Of a stretch of DNA of 64,000 nt, positions 12,451 through 25,663 are shown piece after piece. How positions within the stretch are numbered: the stretch's first letter is position 1; each line of letters starts with the position of its first letter. Position numbers and translations under genes: made by a program. Source of the stretch: Camelus dromedarius. Its lineage: Eukaryota. The DNA lies in contig NC_087436.1 in the NCBI RefSeq assembly GCF_036321535.1, forward strand, positions 110,548,001 through 110,612,000. The letters are read 5' to 3'. A model generated the notes under the pieces. It saw nothing but the letters and a program-made list of their open reading frames with translations, ran no database searches and was not told where the DNA came from.

Positions 12451-15308
12451 CATCAAAGATAAAAGACGTTTGTGGATAATTAGCATCACTTCAGCATCCT
12501 GTATTCCCATCTACTGAACTGGAATGTCTCTTTATTTATTCCAGTACCCTCTCGTGTCCTTCAATAAATTCTCATGATTTTCTTTACATACCTCCTACAC
12601 AATTCTTCAGTTTATTCTCATACATTAATTTTTAAAATTATTATAAATGTAATTATAATGATTTCTTCTTGTATATATCAAAGAGGTTATAAGAACATGG
12701 CACATGGTAAACGTGGTGAAAAATTCTTGTTTCCAAATAATATATCTCTCCAGTGACTGAAAATTTTCTTTTGTTCCTTAGAGCTGAATAAAAACTGACG
12801 CATTTTTCTTTCCTATTAAGCTCCAATCTGACCACCTCTCTTATAGATATTACTCCCTTCTCTCTCTCTCCCTCCCTTCCTTCTTTCTTTCCTTCCTTCC
12901 GTTTATCTGTCAATTTAATAAACATTGATTTCGGAATCTATTATATGTCAGAATCTATGCCTGAAACACAGAAATATAACCTAAATTACTTATGGACTAC
13001 TGAGGTCAGATAATTACTAAGCAGTTGAAATGCAGTGAGACAAGTTCTCTGGTGGGAGGAGGAGTGGACCGTGCTGGAAGCACGACCAGGCGCCTCTACC
13101 AGCCTGGGGCGGGGAGAAAACACATCCAGGAGAGACGCAGCCTAGAGACAAGGAAGGAGACCTGGGTGGAGACTTGGAAGAGCCCCGGACAAACGGGTGT
13201 ATTCATCAGTTGGGAACAACCACCCAATCTGGCCAATCTGTACGAAAATATATTTTTTTTCAATTATACAAGTAACCATAAATGACAGTTTAGTATAAAA
13301 ATTCAATCAAAACTAGGAGTATGGAAGAAAAAAATTTAAGTACATCTTCACCTGAAAACCTTAAAGAGAGTAATTTTAACCATATGGTTATGTAGATGTT
13401 CATAATTTTTCTAAATGTATATATACACGTATATTATACATAATCTAACTATCACTATACATGTGATCCTGGGACTTACTTTTTTTCATTGAAAATATAT
13501 TGAAATGCTTATGCTGTCTGTACTTATGGATATCGTCCTTTTTATTATCTACATGGTATCTAGTTTTATCCAGAAGTGATATGTATTCATATGTAGTAAG
13601 AAAAACAGCATTAAACCTAAAAAGGGGAAATGGAAGTACTTCAGTCCTCTCAGGACTCTCCACTCCCATTCTCATTCCCCAGAGCTCATTCATCTCGTTT
13701 AAAGTCTCCGTGTATTCTCTCAGAAATACTGTGGGGTGAGTGTATTTTCTCCATTCTGTTAAAGTCAAGCTGCTCTCAGGGACCCATCAGGATACAGACA
13801 CCCCACTTCTGCTGCGCTGACCCTCCACTCTGGGAGGAGCTGGGAAGGAGGGGACAGAGGTGGGTTGGGTGTTCATCATCATAAACTCAAAGAAGTTTCT
13901 GTTCAACACACAGTGTGACCTCAGTAAATGCCAATCAGAAAAGAACTGCATTTTCTGATGTGACACATTCTTTTAATGGGGAAGGGGCTTAGGGAGAACA
14001 GAACATGCTCTTATTGCTAATGTTGGAGGGAGGATGGAGAGTTTTCTTTGTAAATTATTCACTCTCTTAAGCCGAGTTATTCAGAAAATGCATTTTAATG
14101 GGGCACAGGAAAACCAACACGATCCACACGTAGAACATCTATATTCGAACTGCCACCTGCCATAGAGAAAGGAACACTGTATCTTCTAGGGAAAGACATT
14201 CAACTTACACACCGCAGGCCTGAGACGGAGTCTAGCTCCTGGCTCCGTGATGATTCATAGTAAGTGATGCATGAATTCGTAGGAATTATTTACTTTGAGG
14301 TGAATCTGTGATCTGTGAGTGACCTTATTACTTGTTAATAGGAGGAAAGAAGTATTTGTTACTGGAATGAAAGGAAACGCATTTAACATGCGCAATATAG
14401 AGTTTTCACAATTTCTCCCCAAAAGGTTCCTGTCAATAACATTCACAAGGAGATACGCAAAGCAAAACCATTAATTCACATAGAGAGGTGAGAAAACGGG
14501 TCCCCTCAGACTTGGACACCTGGCTTATCCAACTTTACCTAAAAAGTTAGTGAGCAAGGACTTTTCACCACAGGAGCTCTTAGGATCATATTCAAATATT
14601 TAATAATTACGAAGCTAAGATTAGTATTGCATTTTACATTTTAAAAAGCAAGTTTACAACAAACAATTCATACAATAACCCAGTTTTAAAAGGGTATTTG
14701 GGGTCCTATTCACAGGACTTCTTCAGAACAAGAACGCACAGTCTCAGGGAATTTACAAACGTGCTTCGGCTCATACCCCCACAAAGCTACAGCATTCAAG
14801 TGACAGTGCTTCTGCTGTCAGATTCCCCTGTGCTCCCACACATGTTATTACACCATCACACCTAGAAGGTCAGAGCATTTCAAGCTGTGTTATTCTATTT
14901 CCCCAATCCCTGGAATAGGAGGGTAAGGGGATTTTCATCCTTACTCCCTAGAGCAGAAACCAGTGATTTAAAACTACAGTCGCACCACTGTGACTAGCTC
15001 CAAGATCCAGAACACTCAGCCACCCTCTGCAGGACTTAATTAACTGTTCTATCCATACAATCACAGTGGTTTCCCCACAAAGTCAGCATAGCTACAGAAG
15101 TCTTTAACAGCCCATTCCTCTGGTCCTTTATAAGATAAGGTTTTACTCTAACTGAAGGATTTGGGAGAGATTTTCTAAATTTGACCACTTGGAGGCAGTA
15201 TTATCATGGCATTGAAAGGCTTCCAGCCTCAGCAGTTCGGAAGGAGAATGCATCGCCAATTAACTCGGGAAAACATCCTTTTGTGTCCTCCTTGACTTAC
15301 AGATATGC

Positions 15309-15327
15309 AAAAAAAAAAAAAAAAAAA
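15309..15327 (+). repeat. Poly(A) run
   Basis: Uninterrupted A tract. Confidence 0.9.
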
Positions 15328-15804
15328 GCAAGCTGTGCTGTCCCTGAAAGAAGAGCTCTGTTTCTTCCGTCCAGCTTAACCGGAGGGATGCGGGTGTAAC
15401 ACTGCAGCCTAATGAGCCAATTACTCTGAGCTCTGAGCGGCACCAGTACACCTAGGGACTTGGGGAAAAGCGCTTCCGCAAAAAGGGCAAAAAGAACAGG
15501 ACTATCATTTTAGGCAAATCACTGGGCTTAAAATGTCTTCTTCTCGTTTCTCTTTATTGGACTTTCCAACAAAGACACAGGAAGGAGATGTTTCTATTGG
15601 CATTTTCCCTTTTTGTTAGTGACTTCTAATTTGTACCAGTCACATTTTTCATAGCAATAAATCTACAGTGCAGCCAGTTTGCAAATCCATGCATTCAAAA
15701 TATTTCATCCTGTTCCCCTCACATACAATTTCATTATGGAGAAAACTATATATATATATAAGCTTGTGGGGGTTTTTGTTTTTGTTTTTTTTGTTGTTGT
15801 TTTG

Positions 15805-15990
15805 TATGTTTTTCCTGGTATACTGAAAAGACTGTCACACTTGATCCCCACAGTAATTCTGACATTATTTCCATTTTACAAATAGGGAAAGCAAAGTCAA
15901 GAAAAGTGAACTGCACTGACTCGCATTCCCACCGAGAGTACATGGGCAGAGCCTGACCCAGATGGCACCTGGGCCACACGTTCTCTTCTC
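15805..15990 (-). mobile_element. MIR SINE
   Basis: 'attatttccattttacaaatagggaaagcaaagtcaagaaaagtgaa'. Confidence 0.75.
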
Positions 15991-17029
15991 AGCATACTCA
16001 TGTCACACATAATCATCTCTCCCTCTTTTTTCATGATTCTTTGTTGTTTTTCATGTTGGTATTGTTCAAATTTATTTTTAGATGTTTAAATAGAGAAATC
16101 TCATGAAGGAAATAAGAAATAGCTGGTAAACTCATTGCCCAAGGGAGCCCTGATGTCTTGAAAATAAAAAGGAGGAAAAGCATAACATGTGGGGCTAATG
16201 AGAAAAAACAGCCAAACACAAAGGTACGAAATGGAAAGTAAAAAACTTCTCTATGACCCACACCCATACCCCCATCTACAGACATCACGGCTAATAATGT
16301 TTAATAAATAATAATAAGCAATAAGTAATTTAAAGTACAAGTATACTACATAATGGTATATGTAATAACACAAGCTGCACTTACAAAGCATCAACTATTA
16401 GCCAGGCACAGTTTACAGGACTTTGAAAGTATTAGATCAATTAATCAATTAAATTATTTCTTGTGAATGAATAGCCATGTATTCTTTTTTTTTAAATTTA
16501 TACTAAAGGGATCTTACGCTTCACAGTATTTTCAACTTTTCCTTTTTTGTCTTTTTTTTTGCCTTTAAACATGTATTTTGGAAATCCTTCTATATCTACA
16601 CAGGCTTATCATTTTTTTTTCACATAGAATATTCCATAGCAAGGATGAACTGTAATTAACTTAAGATACCCACGGTTTATTTCCTCTCCCTGTGACCTTA
16701 ACTAAGAAACATGTATGGTTAGAGTTCTTTTCATTTAAAAGTCACATCATAGCCACCACCATCATAAAAGACTGAATATGGTTAAAGGGCAGTTAGGTTA
16801 GAAAGAAACAGATAAAATGAAGAGAAATATGATATTTATGGTACATGATAGTTTTCTAAACTGATACAGATCTGAAACTGGATGAGGGGCCATGATTTCA
16901 TTGTGACGGTAGAGATCGGGCTTCTTTCCACCAGCTCTCCATCTTCTTCCTTTCTGTTTCTCCCTCTCTCTCTCTGTGCCTCTCTCTCCTCTCCCCCAAG
17001 TAATGTCATAATTTAATAATTATTGCCCT

Positions 17030-18486
17030 ATTCTTGTTGGACAAGATGCCCCAGTTGCCACTCTGGCTTTGGTACCCATTATGATCATTAATTCTGTCTT
17101 GCAACTGGCATGTAGATGCTGCCATGTGGCTTCTGCCATTCCCCAAATCCACCACCCATAGCTGAGAGCACTCAGTTTCTTGGCAGCATCTCCTACTATT
17201 AAATATACTTAAAGCAAGCCTCCCACCAAGCCTACAGAAAACAGCCACCACTGAGCTAGCAAAGCCAGGGTCCTCCTCACCGGTGCAACCCTTCACTCGC
17301 TTAGCGGGAGGTGGGCTCCCTGGGCCCTCCTGGGAGACAGTGAGCTGCTATACCCTCAAAGTCTTACATAGCAAAGCCGCTCAAACATTCCCAGCTATTC
17401 ACACCTTCAGATCCATTCCTCAAGATATTTCCCAGGATGTTCTGGCATCTCCACCCCACTGACTGTAGTTCACCTTGATATTCAAGTTTCAAGGTATCTG
17501 TCCTGAAAACTCAGGTCTATCTTTTCCAGAACATGAATCCAGAGTCATAAGTGCCCTGACATAAAAAAAATTCTCCCTATCCGGCCTTATAATCTACTCT
17601 GTCTGCTCCAGTACCCTCTAATTCCATTCTCACAAATGTTTCCCTAGTTAGTAACAGTACATACTAGTCAACTTCTGAAATTCCTTTGCCGTGTAAACTA
17701 CCTGTTCCTGGGGACCAGATAGCACTTTCCCATTCAGACAGTGAGTGCTAAGATGTGGTCCTGGATATTGGTCTAGGGGAACTGAGAGTTGGTGGAGGCA
17801 GATCTCGAGCAGAACAGGACGGCATCGTAAGGCCCTGTTTCATGGTAGAGCTTCACATGGTCTCCAGGTAAAGAGAGGCAGCTTTCCCCGCGCGAGAGGA
17901 AGGTGTCTGCTTTTTCCCACGTGACGTGGGACGTTCCAAGGAATATGAGGGTCAAGATTCTCAGGCTCATTGGCCAAAAAGCCGGGTCTCAGGCTCTTCC
18001 TTTTTCTCTGCCAAGGTCCTAACAAAGGAAACAGGCCATGGCTGTGCATTTGGTCTACCCTGAAGCTCCGCCCCCTGACTTTCTACAAGTCAGCCTCAGA
18101 GCTGTAACAGACCTCAGTGCTGTTCAGAGCAACCACTGAGCCCACCTGATTCTCACAGCCTGCTTCAAGTTAGCAGTTTACTTCTCTATCATCTTCTTTT
18201 GCCAAGGATTTCAAAGCAGTTAATCCACTCCAATATCTTCATAATTATTATTTTCTCCAAACTGTTTATTCAGCTGAGACTTTCCATAAAATGTTTCACC
18301 CTCTCCTTTCTCCTCATCCCAATTAATTGTAGGTGAAAACATTAATTAATTGTAATGCCATTGCATACAAGGGTTATTACCAGATTTGCCAAAAGTATGG
18401 GTCTCCTATTGCCATCAGATCATAAGTAGCCCAGCTTCAAAACAGATTCTTGGGGTCTGCTTTCTAGGGCTTATCCTGATCCCAAA
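17030..18486 (-). mobile_element. ERVL (class III; HERV16/ERV3-16A3-like) internal region: leader and decayed gag
   Basis: Minus-strand translation of 17581-17700 gives VYTAKEFQKLTSMYCY*LGKHL*EWN*RVLEQ, matching ERVL Gag YTxKEL...WEWILRV. ORF 17006..17296 contains SSVVAVFCR and GRSHMAA (compare SSVVAVLCR and GRGQVAAL). 18430-18486 resembles the start of the ERVL internal sequence. Confidence 0.75.
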
Positions 18487-18535
18487 TGGCACAGCGAGAG
18501 TTCCCACGAGGCAGAATCTGCGGTATTATTGACAG
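18487..18535 (-). mobile_element. Remnant 3' end of the 5' LTR (LTR16-like) of the ERVL element
   Basis: 'tggcacagcgagagttcccacgaggcagaatctg' resembles the reverse complement of an LTR16 end and abuts the internal start. Confidence 0.45.
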
Positions 18536-18729
18536 TAAATATATATATATATTTATATATATATGGAGCAGGAAATAGGATGGTACAAGAAGAGATATTT
18601 AAGCAATTACAAGGTAACAGAATACATTGTAAAGTGGAGATATGAACAATATCTACTCTACAACCCACTGAGAAGGTAGTTAATTGTGCTTGAAGAATCA
18701 GGGGTGTCTTCCTGGAGAACCAAGGTAAC

Positions 18730-18942
18730 AGCATTTATTCAGCACTCGCCTTGTGTCAGATCTATGCAAAGCCCTTCGTATTTAATGCTTTTAATAATCC
18801 CATGTTGTAGGTAGTACTGGTGGCTCCATTTTAGAAATGTGAATACTAACTAAAGTGAATTCCCACAGATGCCAAGTGGCAGAATCAGGGGTTATGCTTT
18901 TTTTAAAAAAACATTTTTGGGAGGGGAGGGGACAACTAGTAT

Positions 18943-18981
<39 letters not shown>

Positions 18982-19090
18982 TATGAGGTACTGGGGATTG
19001 AACCCAGGACCTTGTGCGTGCTAAGCGCACGCTCTACCACTGAGCTGTACCCTCCCAGCAGAGGTCATGCTTTTGAACACTATGCTAAAC
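18730..19090 (-). mobile_element. MIR SINE split by a Vic-1 insertion
   Basis: 'gcatttattcagcactcgccttgtgtcaga...ctccattttagaaatgtgaa'; tail 'cttttgaacactatgcta' resumes after the SINE. Confidence 0.7.
18902..19056 (-). mobile_element. Vic-1-type camelid SINE with (TAAA)n tract and 16-bp TSD
   Basis: Reverse complement GGGAGGGTACAGCTCAGTGGTAGAGCGTGCGCTTAGCACGCACAAGGTCCTGGGTTCAATCCCCAGTACCTC; TSD CAGGGGTTATGCTTTT (18886-18901) versus CAGAGGTCATGCTTTT (19059-19074). Confidence 0.93.
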
Positions 19091-19275
19091 TTATTTTTCT
19101 GGAAGAACCGATGCTGGCCTGATTTTTGATAAGGTGCTTTTTTATGAACTACAGAAAGGGAAAGAGTACCCTAGACAAAAAGGAGAGGAGATGAAAAGTT
19201 AAAGAGAGATGAAAGGGACTAAAACACTTCAGGATAATAAGAAATTCAGTCTGAACTGGGGAGCCATGTAGAGGA

Positions 19276-19611
19276 TGCCTTCACTTGTTTGGGTGGCTTA
19301 TAAAGAACACCAGTTTATTTCTCACAGTTCTGGAGACTGGAAAGTCCAGATCAAGGCACCAGCAGATCCCTTGTCTGGTGAAGGCCCTCTTCCTGGTTCA
19401 GGGACGGCCATCTCCTGGCTATGTCTTCACGTGGTGGAAGAGGCAAGGGAGCCCTCTGGGGTCTCTTTCATACGGGCACTAATCCCATTCATGAGGGCTC
19501 TGCTCTGATGACTTAATTTCTCTCAGAGAACTTACCTCTTCATACCATCACCCTGGAGAAGAAGTTTAAACATATGAGTTAGGGAGTAGCATCAAAATTC
19601 AGTCTACAGCA
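19276..19611 (-). mobile_element. MaLR solo LTR (MLT1A-like)
   Basis: TG...CA ends; 'tttatttctcacagttctggagactggaaagtccagatcaagg' and 'gggcactaatcccattcatgagggctctg'; 5-bp TSD GAGGA/GAGGG. Confidence 0.92.
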
Positions 19612-19799
19612 GAGGGTGAACGAGAGTGGAGAAGAGGAGAGAGAATTTAGACTATACAACAGATTGGTGGGTTTTATAATAGTCTCACTAGGAAGTCAGG
19701 AAACTCTGAAAATGAGTTATGGCCCTGGATACCAGCAAAGGGGCATAGAACTTGGACCCCATCTTTACCTCTCTTCTCCCTGGGCCTAAGTACCAAACA

Positions 19800-19945
19800 C
19801 ACTATTTGTATCCGTATGACTTTGGGCAAGTCTTTCAGCCTCACTGTCCTGCTTCTCTAGGTATAACATGAGGAAGATAATAGCTGCTACCCACCTACCT
19901 TGTAAGATTGTTTTAGAGATTAAATGAAATGATGCAAGTACTCAT
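19800..19945 (+). mobile_element. MIR SINE
   Basis: 'tatgactttgggcaagtctttcagcctc...gattgttttagagattaaatgaaatgatgca'. Confidence 0.8.
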
Positions 19946-22029
19946 CAGCCACATTTAACTTATAAGAATTCATCCGTAAGCTCTTATCCAGAGACAGAAA
20001 TATAAAGAAAGCGAGAGAAAAAATAACAGTTCAACATTATGTGAAATTTCACTTTCAATAATTGGTAGCTCTTCCTTGGTGAGAAGGGAGGTGTGAATCT
20101 GCTGTTCCCATATTTAGTCCCAGTTCCCCTCTGCCTCTCAGAGTGTGAGCATCTCACAGACGAGAAGTCGTTTGTACTTAAAGCTATGTCTTAGCACTGG
20201 GAGTGAAACAATATGTATTCAATGAATGTTCACCAAATGTTCCTTCATATCCTTGTTATTATTAATCTCCTCTACTCTCACCATCTTCCTGGCAGCCCAC
20301 GCCCTCTGTCACCAGTTGATTTGTCAAATTATCTCTCTTGCAGGGATAACTGGCCTATGCTGGGGACTTAGTACACCTTGACCTGCAGAGAAGTCACAGA
20401 TCTGTCCTAAGTGATTTCCTTCACGTCCACCTAGAAGCAGCTACTCTTTCAGAAGTGGCTACCCAAACCAAAATCCGTCCCTGAGTTCTTTCCTAATTCC
20501 CCACAGATACCTGACCTGGAATCAATGCCCATCTCTTGTCCTCTAACCCCGGAGGGAGAGAGGATAAAGAAGAGCATATTAATCTCCAAACCTCAAATCC
20601 TTTCTTTAAGCCCCACTCATATCCTGGCCTGGAAATAATCTCTTCCCACAACTACTGCCAGGGACAATATCTTTTTCTATCCCTGGAAAATCCATCCCCA
20701 CCCACAAGGTGTGATCTGGTCCCAGGGTCCTGGAAATCACCATGATCTGAAGGTCCATTCCTAAAATGCTTGTGTACTTAGGGCAAGTCAGCTCTGTATA
20801 TGGGACATCAGTGGTCCTGCCAGGGTTGTGTTGTGCTAGTCCAAGCTGATCTCAACTCTCTCCCAGCCTTTCCTCCAATGCTGGGTGAGGATAATATCAA
20901 GTCAACACAACACTCATGTGTGGTTGCCCTCCACTCTCCATCTCCTGGGAGCAAATGCTTAGGCAAAAATACATGCTAACATCTTTCTAAAACAAAAAAT
21001 AATGTTTAGACATAGAGAAATTTAAAGAAAAATTTAGGGAAAAAAATATCCTGCTCAATTTTCAAGTACATGAAACATATGTCCAAGGTAAATTACTAAA
21101 CAAATAACTTAATACTGCCATCAGAAGCTTCCGCATTTGGATAATTCCACTGTCAATTGGGTCTTTGCCAAGAATGATGGATGTAGGTTTGTCTAATATC
21201 AATAAAATTTAAGACCCACCAATGTCCTTTCTCCCAGAAAAAAGAGACCTATGACCTAAAGACAAAAGGAAGTTAAGTCTCCAGTTAGGTCAGATTTCCA
21301 TTTACACTGCTTGGTACAGTACCTGGAACACAATAAGCCTTTGATTGACATTAGTCATTTTAACATTGTGATCGTCATCTGTTATCAACTCGCAGTATGC
21401 CATCCTTCCAGCATATACACCAAGTACAAAATCGGCTTGTTCTCTTTTGATTTTTCAGAGTCAAAAAAAAAAAAAAAAAGTCATCTCCATCCTGAATTCG
21501 TGCAAGAGTTTGATTCTGTGAGATGCTTTGATTATGTCATACGTTGCATTAAACTTCAGGTTACAAGCTCAAAAAATGGTTTACAAGCCAGTTCACTTTG
21601 CCAAGTGTCCATAGTGGAAAAGTTAGCCCTTTCATGAAATGAGTCGGTCCACCCTCAGTGCCCAGTGTAATGTACAAACATGTCTAGGGCAGATAATTTG
21701 TGGATATTTGCAAGACAGAGAAAAACAATTAAAGAAAGCTAACTGAGCCCCTTTTCATGAGATTGAAACAGCAACATTTCAACTAAAATCATGATCTTAT
21801 TCCAGTGACCTTTTTATTTCAGTCTGCATGGCTCACATTTTCTAATATTTGAAAGAGTTGAGACAAGAGCTATGCGCATTTAGTTTTCTATTGGAAGACT
21901 AGAATCTGACTATTCGAGTTGACGTTCACATACACAAACTGACAGATCATCTTCCCCACCACGCCCACTATATGGTCTGGCAGCTGCTGGGGAAACTAGT
22001 TGGAGTAGGGGAGATGAATGAATTTTGAA

Positions 22030-22410
22030 CACAGGATTGCCAAATACCAGTCAAGCACCACAACTCACTGGCCCTGTGATTCTGGTTGGGCTACTTCTCT
22101 CTGGGCTTCACTTTACTGAGTCCGAGTAAAACAGTGTATACGTGGAAAGCTCTTTATATCCTTTAAGGTGTTGCACAAGTATTACGCGGAATCACACTGA
22201 TGTGATGTGTATGATTTGAATGCACAGGACCTTAGTTTAAGTCCTCGTTCCACCACCTGACGTTTGTAAGTGTCAGAGTCCTTCTCTATAGAATGGGACA
22301 CATACAGCACTCCCCTCTTATGGCTTCTGTGATGACCTGTAACATGTCTGCAAAGCACTTACAGTGTCCAATACATAGACACCTCCAACAAGCAGCAACT
22401 ATCATTAGAT
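22030..22410 (+). mobile_element. Two adjacent MIR fragments
   Basis: 'cactggccctgtgattctgg...ctctctgggcttcacttt' and 'gacctgtaacatgtctgcaaagcacttacagtgtcc'. Confidence 0.6.
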
Positions 22411-22732
22411 ACCTGACGATGAAATTGAAATTTCTTCAACAAGTATTTAAAGAGGCCTGGCCATGTGCTAGACACTCTGTCTTGTGCTGGGAGTGAAGGT
22501 GGGAAAAAAGATAACTTCTGGTTCTGAAGGGACTCACCGCGTATTTGGAAATATCTTACTTCACATGTCCATCAACAAAGTGGTCAGAGACTCCTTATTG
22601 CCCAGAACATAAAATTCAAGGTCTTTGGCATTTAAAACAGTCCAGTGTATGACCCCAGTCTGTCCCCCACTGAACCCCCTTACACAATGTTTGTTTCCAA
22701 TCAAACTAAATTTCCCATGTCGTTTTCATTTC

Positions 22733-23143
22733 ATTGAACTAGTCATGATTCTCCAAAGAAACAGAACCAATGAGAAGAGATTTGTTATAAAAATTGGCTC
22801 ATGCAGTTCTAGAGGCTGAAAAGTCCCACAATCTGCCATCTTCAAGACAGACAACCAGCAAAGCCGGTGGTTAGTTCAGTCTGAGTCTGAAGCCCAAGAA
22901 CCAGGAGCAGGACTGTTTGGGGGCAGAAGAGGATGAACATGAATGTGCAGCTCAGGCAGAGAGCAGAGTCTCCCTCCCTTCACCTTTTGTCCTATCTGGG
23001 CTCTCAGCAGGCTGGGCGGTGCCCACCCGCACTGATGAGGGTGATTGTCTCCACTCAGTCCACTGATTAAAATGCTGACCTCTTTGAGAAACACCCTCAC
23101 AGACACACCCAGAAATGGTGTTTTATGTAGGATCTAGGCATCA
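22733..23143 (-). mobile_element. ERVL LTR, MLT2B-like
   Basis: 'ttctccaaagaaacagaaccaat...aattggctcatgcagttctagaggctgaaaagtcccacaatctgccatct...aaacaccctcacagacacacccagaaat'. Confidence 0.9.
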
Positions 23144-23349
23144 CGCTCATGCTGGATTCTCCGCCTGGAATACACCCCACCCCCTCCCTCTCTGTCAAAA
23201 CCCTACACAGCCTTCATGGTCAAGACAAAGTGCTCTCTATTGTGAATGAACATCCGGTTTTCCTTTTCAGTTCATGCTCCATTAAGGAACCATTTCTTCT
23301 CTACACCACTTCTGATATAGCTGCAGATGGCTGTTCCTTGGCCAAAGAA

Positions 23350-23832
23350 TAATGCAAACAAGAGCACCCAGTTCAGGTCTAAGAGAATATGGCATTCCCC
23401 TCACTTTAGGGACTAGTTCGGGGGTAGGCGTGTGACCCAATACAGGCTGCTGAGAACGACACGTGGGGTTAGTGTAGGTATGTTCAAGAATTTCCTTTTA
23501 CGCTGGAGTTGCTAAGGTAGCCGTTAAACAAGAAGGCTGCGAGTCAAGAGCTCAAGATACCATCTTACCCAGAAGAACATCCAACTTAGAGGAAAGTAGA
23601 GCTGAGAGACGGAAGGAAAACAAACTCCTAATGGCATCACTGACCACTTGTATGGACACTCCTTGACTTCCAGTTAGGGAAGACAGTCCACCTCTTCTCC
23701 TCCTCCTCCTCTTTCTTCTTTGTCGTTGTTGTCATCTTCTTCTTATTATTATTCTTATTGTTATTATTGTTGTTATTATATTTATTATTTAGTTTCTATT
23801 ACCTGCAATCAAGAATCTCCTGCTGACTAAGA
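23350..23832 (+). mobile_element. Old MaLR LTR (MLT1J/K-like) containing a compound trinucleotide tract at about 23690-23790
   Basis: 'ggtaggcgtgtgacccaatacaggc', 'gaggaaagtagagctgagagacgga' and the end 'tttctattacctgcaatcaagaatctcctgctgactaaga'. Confidence 0.7.
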
Positions 23833-24099
23833 CCACAGCATATTTATATCTGTGGCTCCAGTGAAACATTGGAATGAGTTTTTTGCCCACTGTAGGTGCT
23901 CAGTAAATGTTAGGTTAGATTAATTAATCTATAGCTCATGGAAAGAAATGTGATTGATTCCAAATGGCATTCAACCTCCCTAACATGTAACCTGGTTCAT
24001 TAAAGCAGAGGAAATTTATCTGAGTCAAATGATTTATTTGTAAAGACTATTCAGCCATGCAGTTTCTCTAGAGCCCCAGAGGAACCTGTACTTTGCATA

Positions 24100-24240
24100 A
24101 TAACCTACATAGACGGGAGAATTATAATTTTAATCCTCCCTTTAGAAATGAGAAGGAGAAGGCCTGGAGAGATTAGCTGATTTCCTACAATCTCACAGGA
24201 AGTAGGCAGCACACTGCTGTGCTCTGATTCCAAAGGACTA
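24100..24240 (-). mobile_element. MIR SINE
   Basis: 'atcctccctttagaaatgagaagg...ctggagagattagctgatttcctacaatctcacag'. Confidence 0.7.
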
Positions 24241-25663
24241 GTTAGTGCTCCTTTGTCTTGCTCTGTCTGCAGAGTCGGGCGGGGCAGCACGAGGGTAAGA
24301 ACTGTTGAGGTCGCCCAAGCTGGAGTTGAAGCAACACCTCCACCAGCTGTGAAGCACTACCTCAGGTTCTCGTATGCAGTAAGTGCCAAATAAATAAGAG
24401 CTTTTATGTTTTACCACAAACACACATTGGTATGTTTCTCAGTCCACCAGAAATTTCTGACTCAGAATCTTGGGGCAGCTTCATTTGACTATTCCGCACT
24501 GTTACCTACGAGATTTCTCTGCCTTAGGGAAAAACAGATTCGTCACAGACATCTGGTGGGGAAAACGTAAGACATAAGTTACTGATGTTGGCGTTATGAT
24601 TAATTTCCCACCCATTACCCACAGACTTTCTTTACTCATAATCAAATGGAACTTCCCTGTGCTCACTGAGGGGAGAATATTATTTGGCTACTGTTACAGA
24701 TTTGCTAAGTTTAATTAGCTTTAGAATCTAATTTAGATGAGCTATAAGTTACAATAGGAACTTCCCAATCGATTATGGGAATTTGATGACTATGAATAAA
24801 CAAGACAATGTGCAAATGAATATAAAACTTAACCTTGTAAACCTGAAAAAAGCTTTCGAAATTCCTGCCTCAGGTTGAAGGGGAAATTAAAGGACAATGG
24901 CCTCCTTTATTTGACTTTCAGTCTCATTATTGTCCTATCTAAATGTCAAAGGACAGACCAGCACAGCAGGCGCCAACTGAAAGACAGAGCTAAAACAAGG
25001 TTCTCTGACCCACCAAGACGGCTATTTGGGGCTACTGTAAACAAGCTTTTATTACAAAAACTTAATTTAATTATTTTTTAGTTTAATCTAGCAAGGCCTC
25101 ACATGATTGCCTTGTAAATGTTTTAAAAAGTGAAACCACCTGGTGACTTAACCAATTCTTAGAATGTGTGCACAATTTAAATTGGAATATTGAAACTGAA
25201 AGCACGCCAGCACAGGAAGAGGGAAGACACCCTTCTTCCCGCGGTAGAAGCATTTTAGCACTTTAATTGCTAACAAGTTTCTTCGATGACAAAATCTCTC
25301 CCAAAGTTTTTACAGAGAAAGCTGAAGAAAGAGATGTTAGGGGAAGGGATTTAACATGTAGATGGTGAACATCTACATTATGCCAAGTATTGTCCATGAT
25401 GCTAAGCACGTGTGAGCTCCTGTCACTCTCCCCAAAGCCCTTGAGATGGATTTCCTTGATCTGTATAAAGGGCCCCGGAATTACTGAGTAAAATGCCCCC
25501 AGTCTCCCCGCTAATAAAGAGCAGTGTTGAGACTTAAACACACACACAAAAGATCAGTGTTGTGATTAAGAAACAAAAGCAAAAAACCTCCAAAGCTCAG
25601 TCTTCCCCTGTTCCATCAGTGTTCTCGTGAGTCTATCGCTCGTGTTTAACCTTAACTTCATTA

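Noticed and set aside
15230..15480. CpG-enriched patch as a promoter/CpG island
   Set aside because: About nine CpGs in roughly 250 bp and interrupted by a poly(A) run; too short and weak, with no linked exon.
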